Source: Anaeramoeba ignava BMAN
Taxonomy: Eukaryota; Protista; Anaeramoebae
DNA: 64,000 nt
Reading direction: 5' to 3'
Assembly (NCBI GenBank): GCA_028826165.1
Contig: JAPDFW010000060.1
Location: forward strand, 310,001 to 374,000
Numbering within the stretch: position 1 is the first letter of the stretch; each line of letters starts with the position of its first letter. Both the position numbers and the translations under genes were made by a program. Positions 52,801 to 64,000 of this stretch are shown one piece after another. A model generated the notes under the pieces. That model was not told the origin of the DNA. It worked only from the letters and a program-made list of their open reading frames with translations, and searched no databases.

Positions 52801-54076
52801 TTGCTTGAAAGTCATATTGAGCAATTCCAAAAGTATTCTTCAAAAAGATGAGATATTTTTTTTGATATAATTTTAAAAAAAAAAAATATTTTAATCGTGA
52901 TTAGAATCATTGCTTTATATTGAAAAATATTTTAGTTGTAGTTACGGAATGAGAGATATTTAGGTTATTCAAATTAATCGAGGGTAAATTAGCTTGTATG
53001 AAAATAGGTTTTTTGTTGAAATCAAATATTAATTGCGGTTAAAATCAGTTTTTTTTTTGTGTAGAATAAAGAAACAATTTACAATGAAATTTCATCCAAT
53101 TCAAACATTCATGAAATTCTTTTAATGTTCCTCTTTCTTTCGGATTTAAACTCCATGACTTATTGATTAGTTCAGATAATCCTTTTGGAAAATTATTTGG
53201 AAATTCAGGTCTTTTGCCTTGAACCATATTTACGGTAATCATTAAAGGATTCAAATTTCCAAAAGGTTTTTGTTTGGAGAAAATTTCATATAAAATCATT
53301 GATAAACTGAAAATATCACAAGAAGTATCGTAAATATTTTCTTTTGTAAAAAGTTCTGGAGCTGAATAACCAAATGAAACTGTAGCTGAAGTTACTTTCA
53401 TACTATGTTCTCGTACTTTTGAAATTCCAAAATCAGCAATTTTGGGTTTATTATTGATTATCAAAATATTTTCAGGTTTCAAATCACGATGAATAATTGA
53501 ATTTGAATGAAGAATTTTTATTCCTTCAATAATTTGCAAAGAATAATCAATTTGTTCTTCAGAAGTTAAATTTGGAATCTTATTAGTTAAATCTCCTTGA
53601 TTGGCAAATTCCATTACAATTGCAATCATTTTATCCATTTCAGTTTTTCCAAACATTTTAATAATTGAAGGATGCTCAAATTTCATTGCTAATTTAAGTT
53701 CATTTTCAAACCAGTTTGATTTTTGATCATTTACAAACATGATTCTTTTAATAACAACATCTTTTCCTTTCCATTTTCCTTTATAAATTTGAGATGTTCC
53801 TCCTACTGCAAATGGTTTTTGTTCCACTTCTAATTCTGATAATGGAATAAATGGAACTTTTTGTTCTTTTGATTCAATCTTAATTTTTTCAACAATTTGT
53901 AATAAAGAACGATTTAAAATTGGTTTGAATTCTTCAAATGAACTTCTGCAAAAAATACAATGATCAACCGTTTTCACACATAATTCACAAATTGAATGAC
54001 CTTCTTGGCAAATAATAATTGGTTTTCTTTCTTGTGAATAGTTTTCAAAACACATTGGACACACTTCAGGATCCAT
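43884..54076 (-). CDS. Gene C: RING-HC + TKL-like kinase + SH3 + 5 ankyrin repeats with microexon-encoded loops; several introns carry transposon debris
   Basis: Exons: 54076-53083 ([13 protein letters not shown]; [16 protein letters not shown]), 52992-52946, 52837-52517 (SH3: [34 protein letters not shown]...GRVPLKY). Ankyrin exons: 52336-52232, 51862-51767 (WSPVHYLC), 49333-49238 (FTPSHDLC), 46746-46651 (QSPLHFLC), 44069-43884 (FSPLHYLC...stop). Phases are consistent. Confidence 0.8.
45090..46150 (+). mobile_element. Degenerate composite insertion in a gene C intron: 5' part of a PIF/Harbinger-ISL2EU-type transposase followed by the 3' part of a Crypton-like tyrosine recombinase
   Basis: 45090-45570 is near-identical to 47320-47815 ([33 protein letters not shown] of DDE_Tnp_4 type). 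~45630-46144 matches the C-terminal part of ORF 62496-63878 ([17 protein letters not shown] vs [17 protein letters not shown]), with stops and frameshifts. Confidence 0.7.
47320..48100 (+). pseudogene. Disrupted PIF/Harbinger-ISL2EU-type DDE transposase inside a gene C intron
   Basis: HTH segment, then after a frameshift [36 protein letters not shown] (DDE_Tnp_4-like first Asp and YSGK motif), then stops. Confidence 0.75.
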
Positions 54077-54129
54077 TTTAACAACAAAAAAATGAAAAAA
54101 AAAATGAAAAATTTTAAAATAAATCAAAA

Positions 54130-55660
54130 ATAAATTTTTTATTATTTTGCAATAAAATTAATTAAGAAATGATTTAAAAACTTTTTTATTATTAATATTA
54201 AATTATTATTATTAAAAATAAAGAAATAAAATTAATTAAAATATTTTATTTATTATTTAACTTAATTTTTAATAATAATTAATTTAACATTTTGTAATAA
54301 AATTAATTAAGAAATAATTTAAAAAAGAATTTATTATTAATATTAAATTATTATTATTAAAAATAAAGAAATAAATTTGAAACAAAAATTGGATAAAAAT
54401 TTTACTTAATTTTTAATAATAATTAATTTAAATAAATTAATGAAATTAAATAAGAAATAATTTAAAAAAGAATTTATTATTAATATTAAATTAATATTAT
54501 TAAAAATCAAGAAATAAATTTGAAAGAAAAATTGGATAAAAATTTTATTTAATTTTTAATAATAATTCATTTAATATTTTTGTAATAAAATTAATTAAGA
54601 AATAATTTAAAAAGAATTTATTATTAATATTAAATTAATAATATTAAAAATAAAGAAATAAAATTAATTAAAATATTTTATTTATTATTTTACTTAATTT
54701 TTAATAATAATTAATTTATCATTTTGTAATAAAATTAATCAAGAAATGATTTAAAAACTTTTTTTCATTTTTTTTATTTTTTTTTGTTTTTTTTCAAATT
54801 AAAAAAATTAAAGAAAAAATTCAAAAAAAATTCTATAAACAAAAATATAAAAATAAAGAGAAAATATTAATTAAAATGTAAAATAATTTATTTTATATAA
54901 TTTATAAAAGATTTTATTATCTAAATTAATTCAAAATTGATTTAAAAATAAATAAAAATTTAATACAAAAATTAAATTTAATTAATTTTATTTCCAAAAA
55001 ATAAAATAATTTTAAATAATTTTTAAATAATAATATTTAACTAATTTTACAATATAAATTATTTTGGAATAAATTAATAATATAAAACATATTTTTATTA
55101 TTTATTTTCCTTATTAAATAATTAATAAAATAAATTGAATATTTTTAATATAAATTTAATCAAAAATTAATAATAATTAATTTAATATTTTGTAATAAAA
55201 TTAAATAAGAAATAATTTTAAAACTTTTTATTATTAATATTAAATTAAAATTATTAAAAATAAAGAAATAAATTTGAAACAAAAATGAGATAAAAATTTA
55301 ATTTAATTTTTAATTATAATTCATTTAAATAAATTAATGAAATTAATTCTAAGAAATAATTTAAAAAGAATTTATTATTAATATTAAATTATTATTATTA
55401 AAAATAAAAGAAATAAATTAATTAAAATATTTTTATTTATTATTTTATTTAATTTTTAATAATAATTAATTTATTATTTTGCAATAAATTTAATTAAAAA
55501 ATAATTTTAAAAAAGAATTTATTATTAATATTAAATTATTATTATTAAAAATAAAGAAATAAATTAATTAAAATATTTTATTTATTATTTTATTTAATTT
55601 TTAATAATAATTAATTTATTATTTTGTAATAAAATTAATTAAAAAATAATTTCAAAAAGA
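54130..55660. repeat. Inverted-orientation ~120 bp satellite plus a ~400 bp AT-rich block (54760-55170) between the divergent gene C and FG-GAP paralog 3
   Basis: Reverse complement of the 20120-21640 unit. The ~400-bp block recurs at ~59170-59590, ~60075-60420 and partly at ~62130-62230. Confidence 0.85.
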
Positions 55661-55817
55661 TCTAGTTATTGAATTTAATTATTATTAATTTTTATTTGAA
55701 TAAAAAAAAAAGAGGAAAAATAAAATCGGACACACGTGGAAAGAAAATTTAATTAAAAAAACAAAAAACAAAATTTTATTCTTTTTTTTTCATTTTTTTT
55801 TCATTTTTTAAAAAAAG

Positions 55818-58652
55818 ATGATCAAATTATTTGCAATTATTTTGATTATTTTTCTTTTAACAAAACAAATTTCCAATAATTATGAGTTAAAAAAAGTTGG
55901 AAATCAATGGATTCAAAAACAAATTACTTATCCAAATAATCCAACCAATAATATTGCATTTGGCTCAAGTATTTCAATTTCCAATTATGTTATGGCAATA
56001 GGATCTCCAGGTAATAATGGAAATGATTCTCTTCCTGGAAGAGCTTATGTATTTGAGAAACAAAACTATAATTTGATTCAAAAAGCTCAACTTCCTAATA
56101 ATAATAATCAAAATGGTGATTTGTTTGGATTCAGTATTTCAATTTCTCAAGATTCTTCTGTTATTGTTGTTGGTGTTCCTTATGCAAATGTTTCTGGAAA
56201 TGTTAGTCAAGGCAAAGCTTATGTATTTGCAAAAAGTGAAAGTGGATGGATAATAACAAATTTAAATGCAAGTGATGGACAAACTGGAGATAATTTTGGA
56301 TATAGTGTTTCTATTTCGGAAAGAGTTATTCTGATTAGTTCTCCTTTTGCATCAGTGAATGGAAATTCAGAACAAGGAAAAGTATATGTTTGGGAAGGTT
56401 ATCAGGATGGAACTGAATGGCAACAAAAGCTTACTTTAACAGCAACAAATGGACAAGCAAATGATCAATTTGGAAAAAGTTTATCAATTTCAAAAGATTC
56501 TTCTCTTATTGTAATTAAATCTCAACAATCTAGTTCTCAACAAGTAACAGCTCATATTTTTCAATCAAATGGAACATATTGGAATGAAGAAGAGAGTTTT
56601 ACTGTAAATGGAACTCAAGAGTATGATTGGGGAGGTACTGTATCAATTTCTGAAGATGCAACAACTTTTGTTATGGGTGTTACTGGAGATGATTATAATC
56701 AAGGGAAAGCATATGTTTTTCATTATAATGGTTCTAATTGGAATAATCAAACTATCATTCCAAATAATCCATCAGGTAAATGTTGTTTTGGATTCAGTGT
56801 TTCAATTTCTCAAAATAATTTACTTGTTGGAGATCCTGGTTCAGATTCTAATGGAAACACCACATATTTGTTTCAAAATAATGGAAGTGGATGGAATCAA
56901 GAAGAACAATGGTTTCCACAAAATCCAGATGAAGGGTTTGGTCAAGCATTGTCAATTTCAGAAGATATTTTTGCAATTGGATCACCTTATTTGAATTATG
57001 ATGGATTTGATAATGTGGGAGGTGTTTATATTTATGAATTTGTTTATGATCAAGTTAATCTTTTGAATTGTAGTTCTTTATTTTCTTCATTTGATTGTTA
57101 TTGGAATGAAATTCTTCCAATAACTTCTGATATTGAATATCAAATCAATTATAATTATATTAATAATGAACAATGGGAAGCAATTCAATCTCCAATTCTT
57201 ATTGATAATATTTTCTTTCAAATTTTCAATTCATCAATTTATCCTAATATTACAGGAAATGTTGATTATACAATTCAAATAAGAATTTGTAATTCCACAT
57301 CTCAAATTTGTGGAGAAAGTTCAGATCCTTTTTTTTTAACAACAAGAATTGATTCAGTTAAGAATTTTACAGTTGAATCAATAACAACAACATCAGTGAT
57401 GATTTCATGGAATTCACCTAATGTTCCTGTAATCAATTCTATTCCAAAATTAGATCATTATCTTCTTTTTTATCAAAAACAAGATTCAAATGAAACTAAG
57501 AATGTTTCAATTTCTAATTCATCAACTTCATATGAATTAACTGAATTAGATTCATTATCAAATTATTCAATTTCAATATGTGGATGTCAAACAGATGAAT
57601 GTTTAGAAAATTATCAAGGAGAAATTGTTTCAACAACAATTTTCACAAAATTTGGACCTGTTTTAAATCTTCAATGTTCAATTTCCAATTCATTTGATAT
57701 TTCATGTTATTGGAATAAACCAAATGATTCAATTAATCCTTCTTATTATAATTTTACTTATCAAGCAATTTCAGAAAATGATAATGGAAGTTTTGATACA
57801 AATTCAACTTCTCAAAATTTCACAGCACAATATTCAAATCAAATTTATCAAATTAATGTTTCAGCTTGTGATTCAAATGAAATATGTGGTGATATTTCTT
57901 CAATTCAAATCACATCAAGAAAATTTGGACCTGTTTTAAATCTTCAATGTTCAATTTCCAACATTTATTTTGTTTCATGTTATTGGGATAAACCAAATGA
58001 TTCAATTAATCCTTCTTATTATAATTTTACTTATCAAGCAATTTCAGAAAATGATAATGGAAGTTTTGATACAAATTTAACTTCTCAAAATTTCACAGCA
58101 CAATATTCAAATCAAATTTATCAAATTAATGTTTCAGCTTGTTATTCAAGTGAAATATGTGGTAATATATCTTCAATTCAAATCACATCAGGAAAATTTG
58201 GACCTGTTTTAAATCTTCAATGTTCAATTTCCAACATTTATTCTATTTCATGTTATTGGGATAAACCAAATGATTCAATTAATCCTTCTTATTATAATTT
58301 TAGTTATCAAGCAATTTCAGAAAATGATAATGGAAGTTTTGATACAAATTCAACTTCTCAAAATTTCACAGCACAATATTCAAATCAAATATATCAAATT
58401 AATGTTTCAGCTTGTGATTTAAATGAAATATGTGGTGATATATCTTCAATTCAAATTGGAAATCAACTAACTTCTTCACAATCTTCAAATTCAAAAACAG
58501 TTATAATTGTTTGTTCAACAATTATTCCAGTTGTTGTTATTGTTGGAATTATTTTGATGATTGTTTTGATAAGGAAAAAAAAGAAAAAAAAGAATAAAGA
58601 AGGAGAGATTTCAATGGATTATTCAGTTTTGAAAGATGAAGGAGATTCATAA
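55818..58652 (+). CDS. FG-GAP/FN3 type I membrane protein (paralog 3, inverted)
   Basis: 944-aa ORF with the same architecture as paralogs 1 and 2. Confidence 0.9.
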   Translation: MIKLFAIILIIFLLTKQISNNYELKKVGNQWIQKQITYPNNPTNNIAFGSSISISNYVMAIGSPGNNGNDSLPGRAYVFEKQNYNLIQKAQLPNNNNQNGDLFGFSISISQDSSVIVVGVPYANVSGNVSQGKAYVFAKSESGWIITNLNASDGQTGDNFGYSVSISERVILISSPFASVNGNSEQGKVYVWEGYQDGTEWQQKLTLTATNGQANDQFGKSLSISKDSSLIVIKSQQSSSQQVTAHIFQSNGTYWNEEESFTVNGTQEYDWGGTVSISEDATTFVMGVTGDDYNQGKAYVFHYNGSNWNNQTIIPNNPSGKCCFGFSVSISQNNLLVGDPGSDSNGNTTYLFQNNGSGWNQEEQWFPQNPDEGFGQALSISEDIFAIGSPYLNYDGFDNVGGVYIYEFVYDQVNLLNCSSLFSSFDCYWNEILPITSDIEYQINYNYINNEQWEAIQSPILIDNIFFQIFNSSIYPNITGNVDYTIQIRICNSTSQICGESSDPFFLTTRIDSVKNFTVESITTTSVMISWNSPNVPVINSIPKLDHYLLFYQKQDSNETKNVSISNSSTSYELTELDSLSNYSISICGCQTDECLENYQGEIVSTTIFTKFGPVLNLQCSISNSFDISCYWNKPNDSINPSYYNFTYQAISENDNGSFDTNSTSQNFTAQYSNQIYQINVSACDSNEICGDISSIQITSRKFGPVLNLQCSISNIYFVSCYWDKPNDSINPSYYNFTYQAISENDNGSFDTNLTSQNFTAQYSNQIYQINVSACYSSEICGNISSIQITSGKFGPVLNLQCSISNIYSISCYWDKPNDSINPSYYNFSYQAISENDNGSFDTNSTSQNFTAQYSNQIYQINVSACDLNEICGDISSIQIGNQLTSSQSSNSKTVIIVCSTIIPVVVIVGIILMIVLIRKKKKKKNKEGEISMDYSVLKDEGDS

Positions 58653-58709
58653 TCAAATAGACAAACTTGAAACTCTTAATTTAATTCATACTTTTTAATT
58701 CTTCTCTTC

Positions 58710-60420
58710 TCAATAAAATTAATTAAAAAATAATTTTAAAACTTTTTTATTATTAATATTAAATTAAAATTATTAAAAATCATGAAATAAATTTGAAACA
58801 AAAATTAGATAAATATTTTATTTAATTTTTAATAATAATTAATTTATTATTTTGCAATAAAATTAATCAAGAAATAATTTTAAAAAGAATTTATTATTAA
58901 TATTAAATTATTATTATTAAAATTAAAGAAATAAATTAATTAAAATAATTTATTTATTATTTTACTTAATTTTTAATAATAATTCATTTAAATAAATTAA
59001 TGAAATTAATTAAGAAATAATTCAAAAAGAATTTATTATTAATATTAAATTAATATTATTAAAAATAAAGAAATAAAATTAATTAAAATATTCTATTTAT
59101 TATTTTATTTAATTTTTAATAATAATTAATTTATCATTTTGCAATAAAATTAATTAAGAAATGATTTAAAAACTTTTTTTCATTTTTTTTATTTTTTTTT
59201 GTTTTTTTTCAAATTAAAAAAATTAAAAGAAAAAAATTCAAAAAAAATTCTATAAACAAAAATATAAAAAAAAATAAAAAGAAAAATCTTAATTAAAAAG
59301 TAAAATATTTTATTTATATAATTTATAAAAGGTTTTGTTATCTAAATTAATTCAAAAATGATTTAAAAATAAATATAAATTTAATTCAAAAAAAATAAGA
59401 TTTAATTAATTTTATTTCCAAAAATAAAATAATTTTAAATAATTTTTAAATAATAATATTTAACTAATTTTACAATATAAATTATTTCGAAATAAATTAA
59501 TAATATAAAACATATTTTTATTATTTATTTTCCTTATTAAATATTTAATAAAATAAATTGAATATTTTTAATATAAATTTAATCAAAAATTAATTATAAT
59601 TAATTTATTATTTTGCAATAAAATTAATTAAGAAATAATTTTAAAAAGAATTTATTATTAATATTAAATTAATATTATTAAAAATAAAGAAATAAATTAA
59701 TTAAAATATTTTATTTATTATTTTATTTAATTTTTAATAATAATTCATTTAAATAAATTAATGAAATTAATTAAGAAATAATTTAAAAAGAATTTATTAT
59801 TAATATTAAATTAATATTATTAAAAATCAAGAAATAAATTTGAAACAAAAATTGGATAAAAATTTTACTTAATTTTTAATAATAATTAATTTAATATTTT
59901 GTAATAAAATTAAATAAGAAATGATTTAAAAAAGAATTTATTATTAATAATAAATTATTATTATTAAAAATAAAGAAATAAAATTAATTAAAATAATTTA
60001 TTTATTATTTTACTTAATTTTTAATAATAATTAATTTATTATTTTTGCAATAAAATTAATCAAGAAATGATTTAAAAACTTTTTTCATTTTTTTATTTTT
60101 TTTTGTTTTTTTTCAAATTAAAAAAATTAAAAGAAAAAATTCAAAAAAAAATTCTATAAACAAAAATATAAAAAAAAATAAAGAGAAAATATTAATTAAA
60201 ATGTAAAATAATTTATTTATATAATTTATAAAAAGGTTTTATTATCTAAATTAATTCAAAAATGATTTAAAAATAAATAAAAATTTAATTCAAAAAAAAA
60301 TAAATTTTAATTAATTTTATTTCCAAAAAATTAAATAATTTTAAATAATTTTTAAATAATAATATTTAACTAATTTTACAATATAAATTATTTTGGAATA
60401 AATTAATAATATAAATTTAA
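58710..60420. repeat. Satellite array and repeated ~400 bp AT-rich blocks
   Basis: Same units as 54130-55660. Confidence 0.85.
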
Positions 60421-60441
60421 TTTTTCATTTTTATTTTTGAA

Positions 60442-60740
60442 GTGAAAAAGAAAAGGAAAGAAAAAAGTCAAAAACAAAAATATCAAAAAAATGATGGAGT
60501 GATGCAACTAGCTCAAAAATGTGACTCCAATTTCACCCGTTCTAAATCTTTCCAAGATTTTCTAGAAAAAGAATATGGGATGAAGTTATCCTCATATCCC
60601 AAAGTTACTCCCGTAAGATTTGGATCAAGTGCAGCAGAGTTTGTCGCATTGTTTGAAGTTTTACCCAAGATGATTGCTTACTGTAAACAATTTCCCGAAG
60701 ATTCCAAACTCCAAGAGCTGTTAGAGTCCTTTCGTAATTA
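60442..60740 (+). pseudogene. Possible hAT-family transposase fragment
   Basis: FLEKEYGMKLSSYPKVTPVRFGSSAAEFVALFEVLPKM resembles the hAT L..xxxTR(W/F)xS..M..L region. Short, with no other domains. Confidence 0.35.
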
Positions 60741-60978
60741 TCATATCGCGTTTTTTTTGTTTTTTTGTTTTTCACTCTTCTTAATTAGCGTTTTTGAATT
60801 TGATTTTTCTTGATGATTTCCCTGATTGATAATTCTTATTTCAATCTTGAATTTACACATTTTTAATTCAATGAAATTCCAGATTTTCCTTTCCAAAACC
60901 AAAAGAAAAATTATTTTATTTTTTTTATCACTCGAAATAAAATCAACGTATTGAATTGATTTTCTTTTATACCATTCT

Positions 60979-61833
60979 TCAGTAGTCCACTGCTTTTTTT
61001 TTTTGCTGAAAGTTGACACTAAAATCTAAGATTATTACCGATAAGCCAACATTAGTCATAATCTCCTTATAAAAACTTCGAATCGCTTTAACTTTCTGGA
61101 GATGAGGAGTTTTTGAGGTTTCAACTTCACATATAGGACAAGCAAACCATGCCACTTGATTAGTTTTCAAGTTAAAAAATTCTTTAGTAATCGAACAAAA
61201 ATTCCCATATGAAATAAGTATGCTTCCTTGATTGTTGGATTCATCTGGATTTCCTTTGTTTAGCATTCTCCAAATTCTGATCTTAGACATTGAAGTAACG
61301 AATTTTGGATAAATTTTGCTGGAATGAAAATCGAATAGTATCTTATCGTGGTTTTTTCCAGCTATACTTGGTAAACAATCCATTATCACACCTAGGTGAC
61401 TGTGTATAGTTAGATTCTTCAAGCAGTGGAACTTATGCTTTCCTAAATATAAAGATTCTTGGAGTGTAGAATCTTTTGGTCGCAAGTATTGCTGAAAAGT
61501 TGCGTCCATTAAGCCAATTGCTTTGAGAAATTCAGGAAAAAATATTTTTTGTTTGATTTGTTTTCTTTTTGTGATCCAACTAATCTGAGATCGTAATGCA
61601 TTGGTAAGATTGATAAGATATTTCCCAAACAATTTATGAAAAGAACTTTTCGGCATTCCAAACGTTAATGAGAGATCCTCAAAAGTCCAATATCGGTAAA
61701 AATATGTCAAGAAAATTAGCCACAAATCTAAAGGATTAAGAATACGTTTTGGAGATCTTTGTTCAAAGGGTTCAAAAATATTTTGTATCAATTCAAAACT
61801 TTCCGAAAAATCATTTATATTGAATCCAGTCAA
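60979..61833 (-). mobile_element. PIF/Harbinger-ISL2EU-type (DDE_Tnp_4-like) transposase, probably truncated
   Basis: HTH region LWLIFLTYFYRYWTFEDLSLTFGMPKSSFHK, then GLMDATFQQYLRP...YLGKHKFHCLKNLTIH...GKNHDKILF. The downstream DxGY and catalytic Glu motifs are not seen. Confidence 0.7.
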
Positions 61834-62495
61834 CTGTTTGCGAATTTTATCAGATTTCTTGATAAATTCCCAATTAAAACGTATTCCGAATTCATTTGAT
61901 TGATCATAAATAATTTCTGACTGATTTGTCTCTTCGATTTGTCGAATTTCAATTTCAGGATTTTTTTTTAATTCTTTTATTTTATTTTTGTAAGATTGCT
62001 AGAATCTCTTGAATTTGCTTTTCAAAGAAAGAAAAAATTCGGGAGAAATTGATCCAATTTTATTAAAAAATTTTTATTGATCGATTTGGGACAAAAAAAA
62101 ATAAAAGCAAAAATTTTAAAACAATTAAAAAAAAAATTTAAAACAAAAATATAAAAAAAAATAAAGAGAAAATGTTAATTAAAATGTAAAATAATTTATT
62201 TATATAATTTATAAAAAGATTTTATTGTCAAAAAAAAAAGAAATAAATTTGTTATTTTCAATATTTTCTCATTGGGGATTTAGTAAGAAAAAAGAAAATA
62301 AACGTTTTATTTTCAGTTTTGTTGAAAATAAATTTTATTTTCCGAACTGAAAAAAAAGAGAAAATTTGGAAAAAAAAATTTTGTGAGCCAAAAAAGAATT
62401 TGAAATAAAATTGAGAAGAAAATTTGAAAGGTTCCTCAAAAAAAAAATGAAAAAAGAGATTGAAAAAACCAAAGCCAATCCTTTTTCAAATAAAT

Positions 62496-63806
62496 TCAAT
62501 CCTTGTCCTTTTCTTTTTCTTGCTTCTTCTCTGGAGAAATTGTTTTGTCATTCTCTTTTTGATTAATCTGTTTGGAGGAGTTCTTTCCGACTTCATTGTG
62601 ATCAACTTGATCATTGCTTTTTTGATCAAGATCAACTTTAAAATGAACTGAAGGAGTTCCACCAAATTGATCTGGTTGAATATTCATTTCAGGCATTGGA
62701 TTGGAAGGCCACATAAAAAAGTTGATCATAGAGTTTGTAAGGTGTTGAGGGGAAAAGGTAATTCCCCGACTTATATCTGAATCATGATGGGAATGTGGTT
62801 TTGCATCAATCCTTCGACGCAAGATTGAATATACTTCAAACTCTACATCAAGGTTAGGTCTTTTATACGATAATAAGCTACCCAGATTTCTATGTCCACT
62901 TTTCAGTTGAACGATTTGGGAATCCTCCACTCCTGCATCTGATAATTGCGAGATTGATCTCCCTCGAAGGCTATGAAGAACCACATTCTTGCTAATACCA
63001 AACTCTTTCATGACTGCCTGAAAATGTTTTAACAGAGTTCCATGGGTAATGGCTTGATTCCGCAAAAAGTGTTGACCTTTCTTGGCTTTATGGTTAATGG
63101 CCCTAAAGAACCGATTATCAGGAGCATCAGGTAAAATTGATCTTTCGCAATAATAATAATATATAAAGTTGTAGGGGTCCTTCATTTCTGATCCTCCTTG
63201 AAAAAGTTTGGCTCTTTTCGGTTCAAAGTTCGGATTGCTGAATTTTATTTGGTGGTTCTTTTCCTCAATACCAGTGTATTCAAGATATTTCTTTTCATCT
63301 GTTTCTTTCCACTCTAATTGCTTAAGTGTTAATCCTGTTAATTCACCTCCTCGTAAGCATAAATGTTTCCCTAGAAAAAAGAGAGCACCAACTGTAATAT
63401 GTACCGGATTGTCTGTGTCCAAGAGCGTTATCAACCTTGATTCTTCAGCATCATTCATTTGTTCGTGGTGTTTGACATATGATTTAGGGTTGCAACCAAT
63501 TTCTCTGGCTCGATTATCACATACATTCTTCAAGCTTTCAAACTCTGGCTTTTTGAGATCGATTTCTAAATTGTATTTTTTAGACACAAAACGAAAAAGC
63601 ATGGATACATGAGAATAAAATGATTTGAGCTTGTATTCTTGACCATTAAGTTTTCTCAATTGAATAATAAATCTTATCAGTGATTCAATTAAATTTTCCT
63701 TCGAAATCTTCAATTTTTCGTTTTCAATGAACTCGTTCCACTTCTTTTCTATGGAAGAGAGAGCTTTTTGAGTTCCTTTAGGAAGAATTTTAGTTGTTAA
63801 ATCCAT
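62496..63806 (-). mobile_element. Crypton-like tyrosine recombinase, apparently intact
   Basis: Catalytic R-K-HxxR-H-Y set: [31 protein letters not shown]. Likely start MDLTTKILPKGTQK at 63806. Higher GC than the host genes; intronless. Confidence 0.85.
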
Positions 63807-64000
63807 TAAAAAAATGAAATGAAAATAAAAACTCTTTTGGTTTTGTTGAAAAAAAAAATTATTTGATCTTTTGATCAATTGATCTACTTTTTTGTTTTTT
63901 TTTTTTTTGTAAATTTTAATTAAAACAAAAATCCAAAAAAAGGATCAAATGATCAAGTTTCTTCTTTTTATTTCTTTTGTTTTTTGACAATAAAATGGCT

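Overview
Very AT-rich, intron-rich eukaryotic DNA (protist-like; Asn/Glu/Gln low-complexity inserts and short GT-AG introns are reminiscent of Anaeramoeba-type metamonads, which is inference only). Housekeeping genes: a 5'-truncated BLTP1/KIAA1109/Csf1-like lipid-bridge gene (1-11482, +) and an Afi1/MesA-like DENN-family gene (29813-34577, -). Main result, invisible in the ORF track: three paralogous minus-strand genes (A 11609-20040, B 22046-29660, C 43884-54076) read as RING-HC + TKL-like kinase + (ARM-like repeats or SH3) + ankyrin repeats. Nearly every internal ankyrin repeat is a 96-nt phase-0 exon. The hairpin loop between repeats is encoded one codon at a time by arrays of 3-nt microexons (AG|NNN|GT), separated by introns of mostly about 50-180 nt. 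I counted about 105 by eye and none is a stop codon. The N-terminal junctions mostly carry exactly 3 (a canonical loop, e.g. QD-K-Q-G-ETPLH). The last three junctions of every paralog carry 7-13, giving three hypervariable CDR-like loops in which any subset stays in frame. This is a candidate splicing-based diversification system for an intracellular ankyrin sensor; whether skipping actually occurs cannot be seen from DNA. Also present: three FG-GAP/FN3 type I membrane protein paralogs, ~120-bp AT-rich satellite arrays, a Crypton-like tyrosine recombinase, PIF/Harbinger-ISL2EU-type DDE transposase remnants (some inside gene C's microexon arrays) and a hAT-like fragment. All exon structures were derived manually from GT-AG sites and frame continuity, without RNA evidence.
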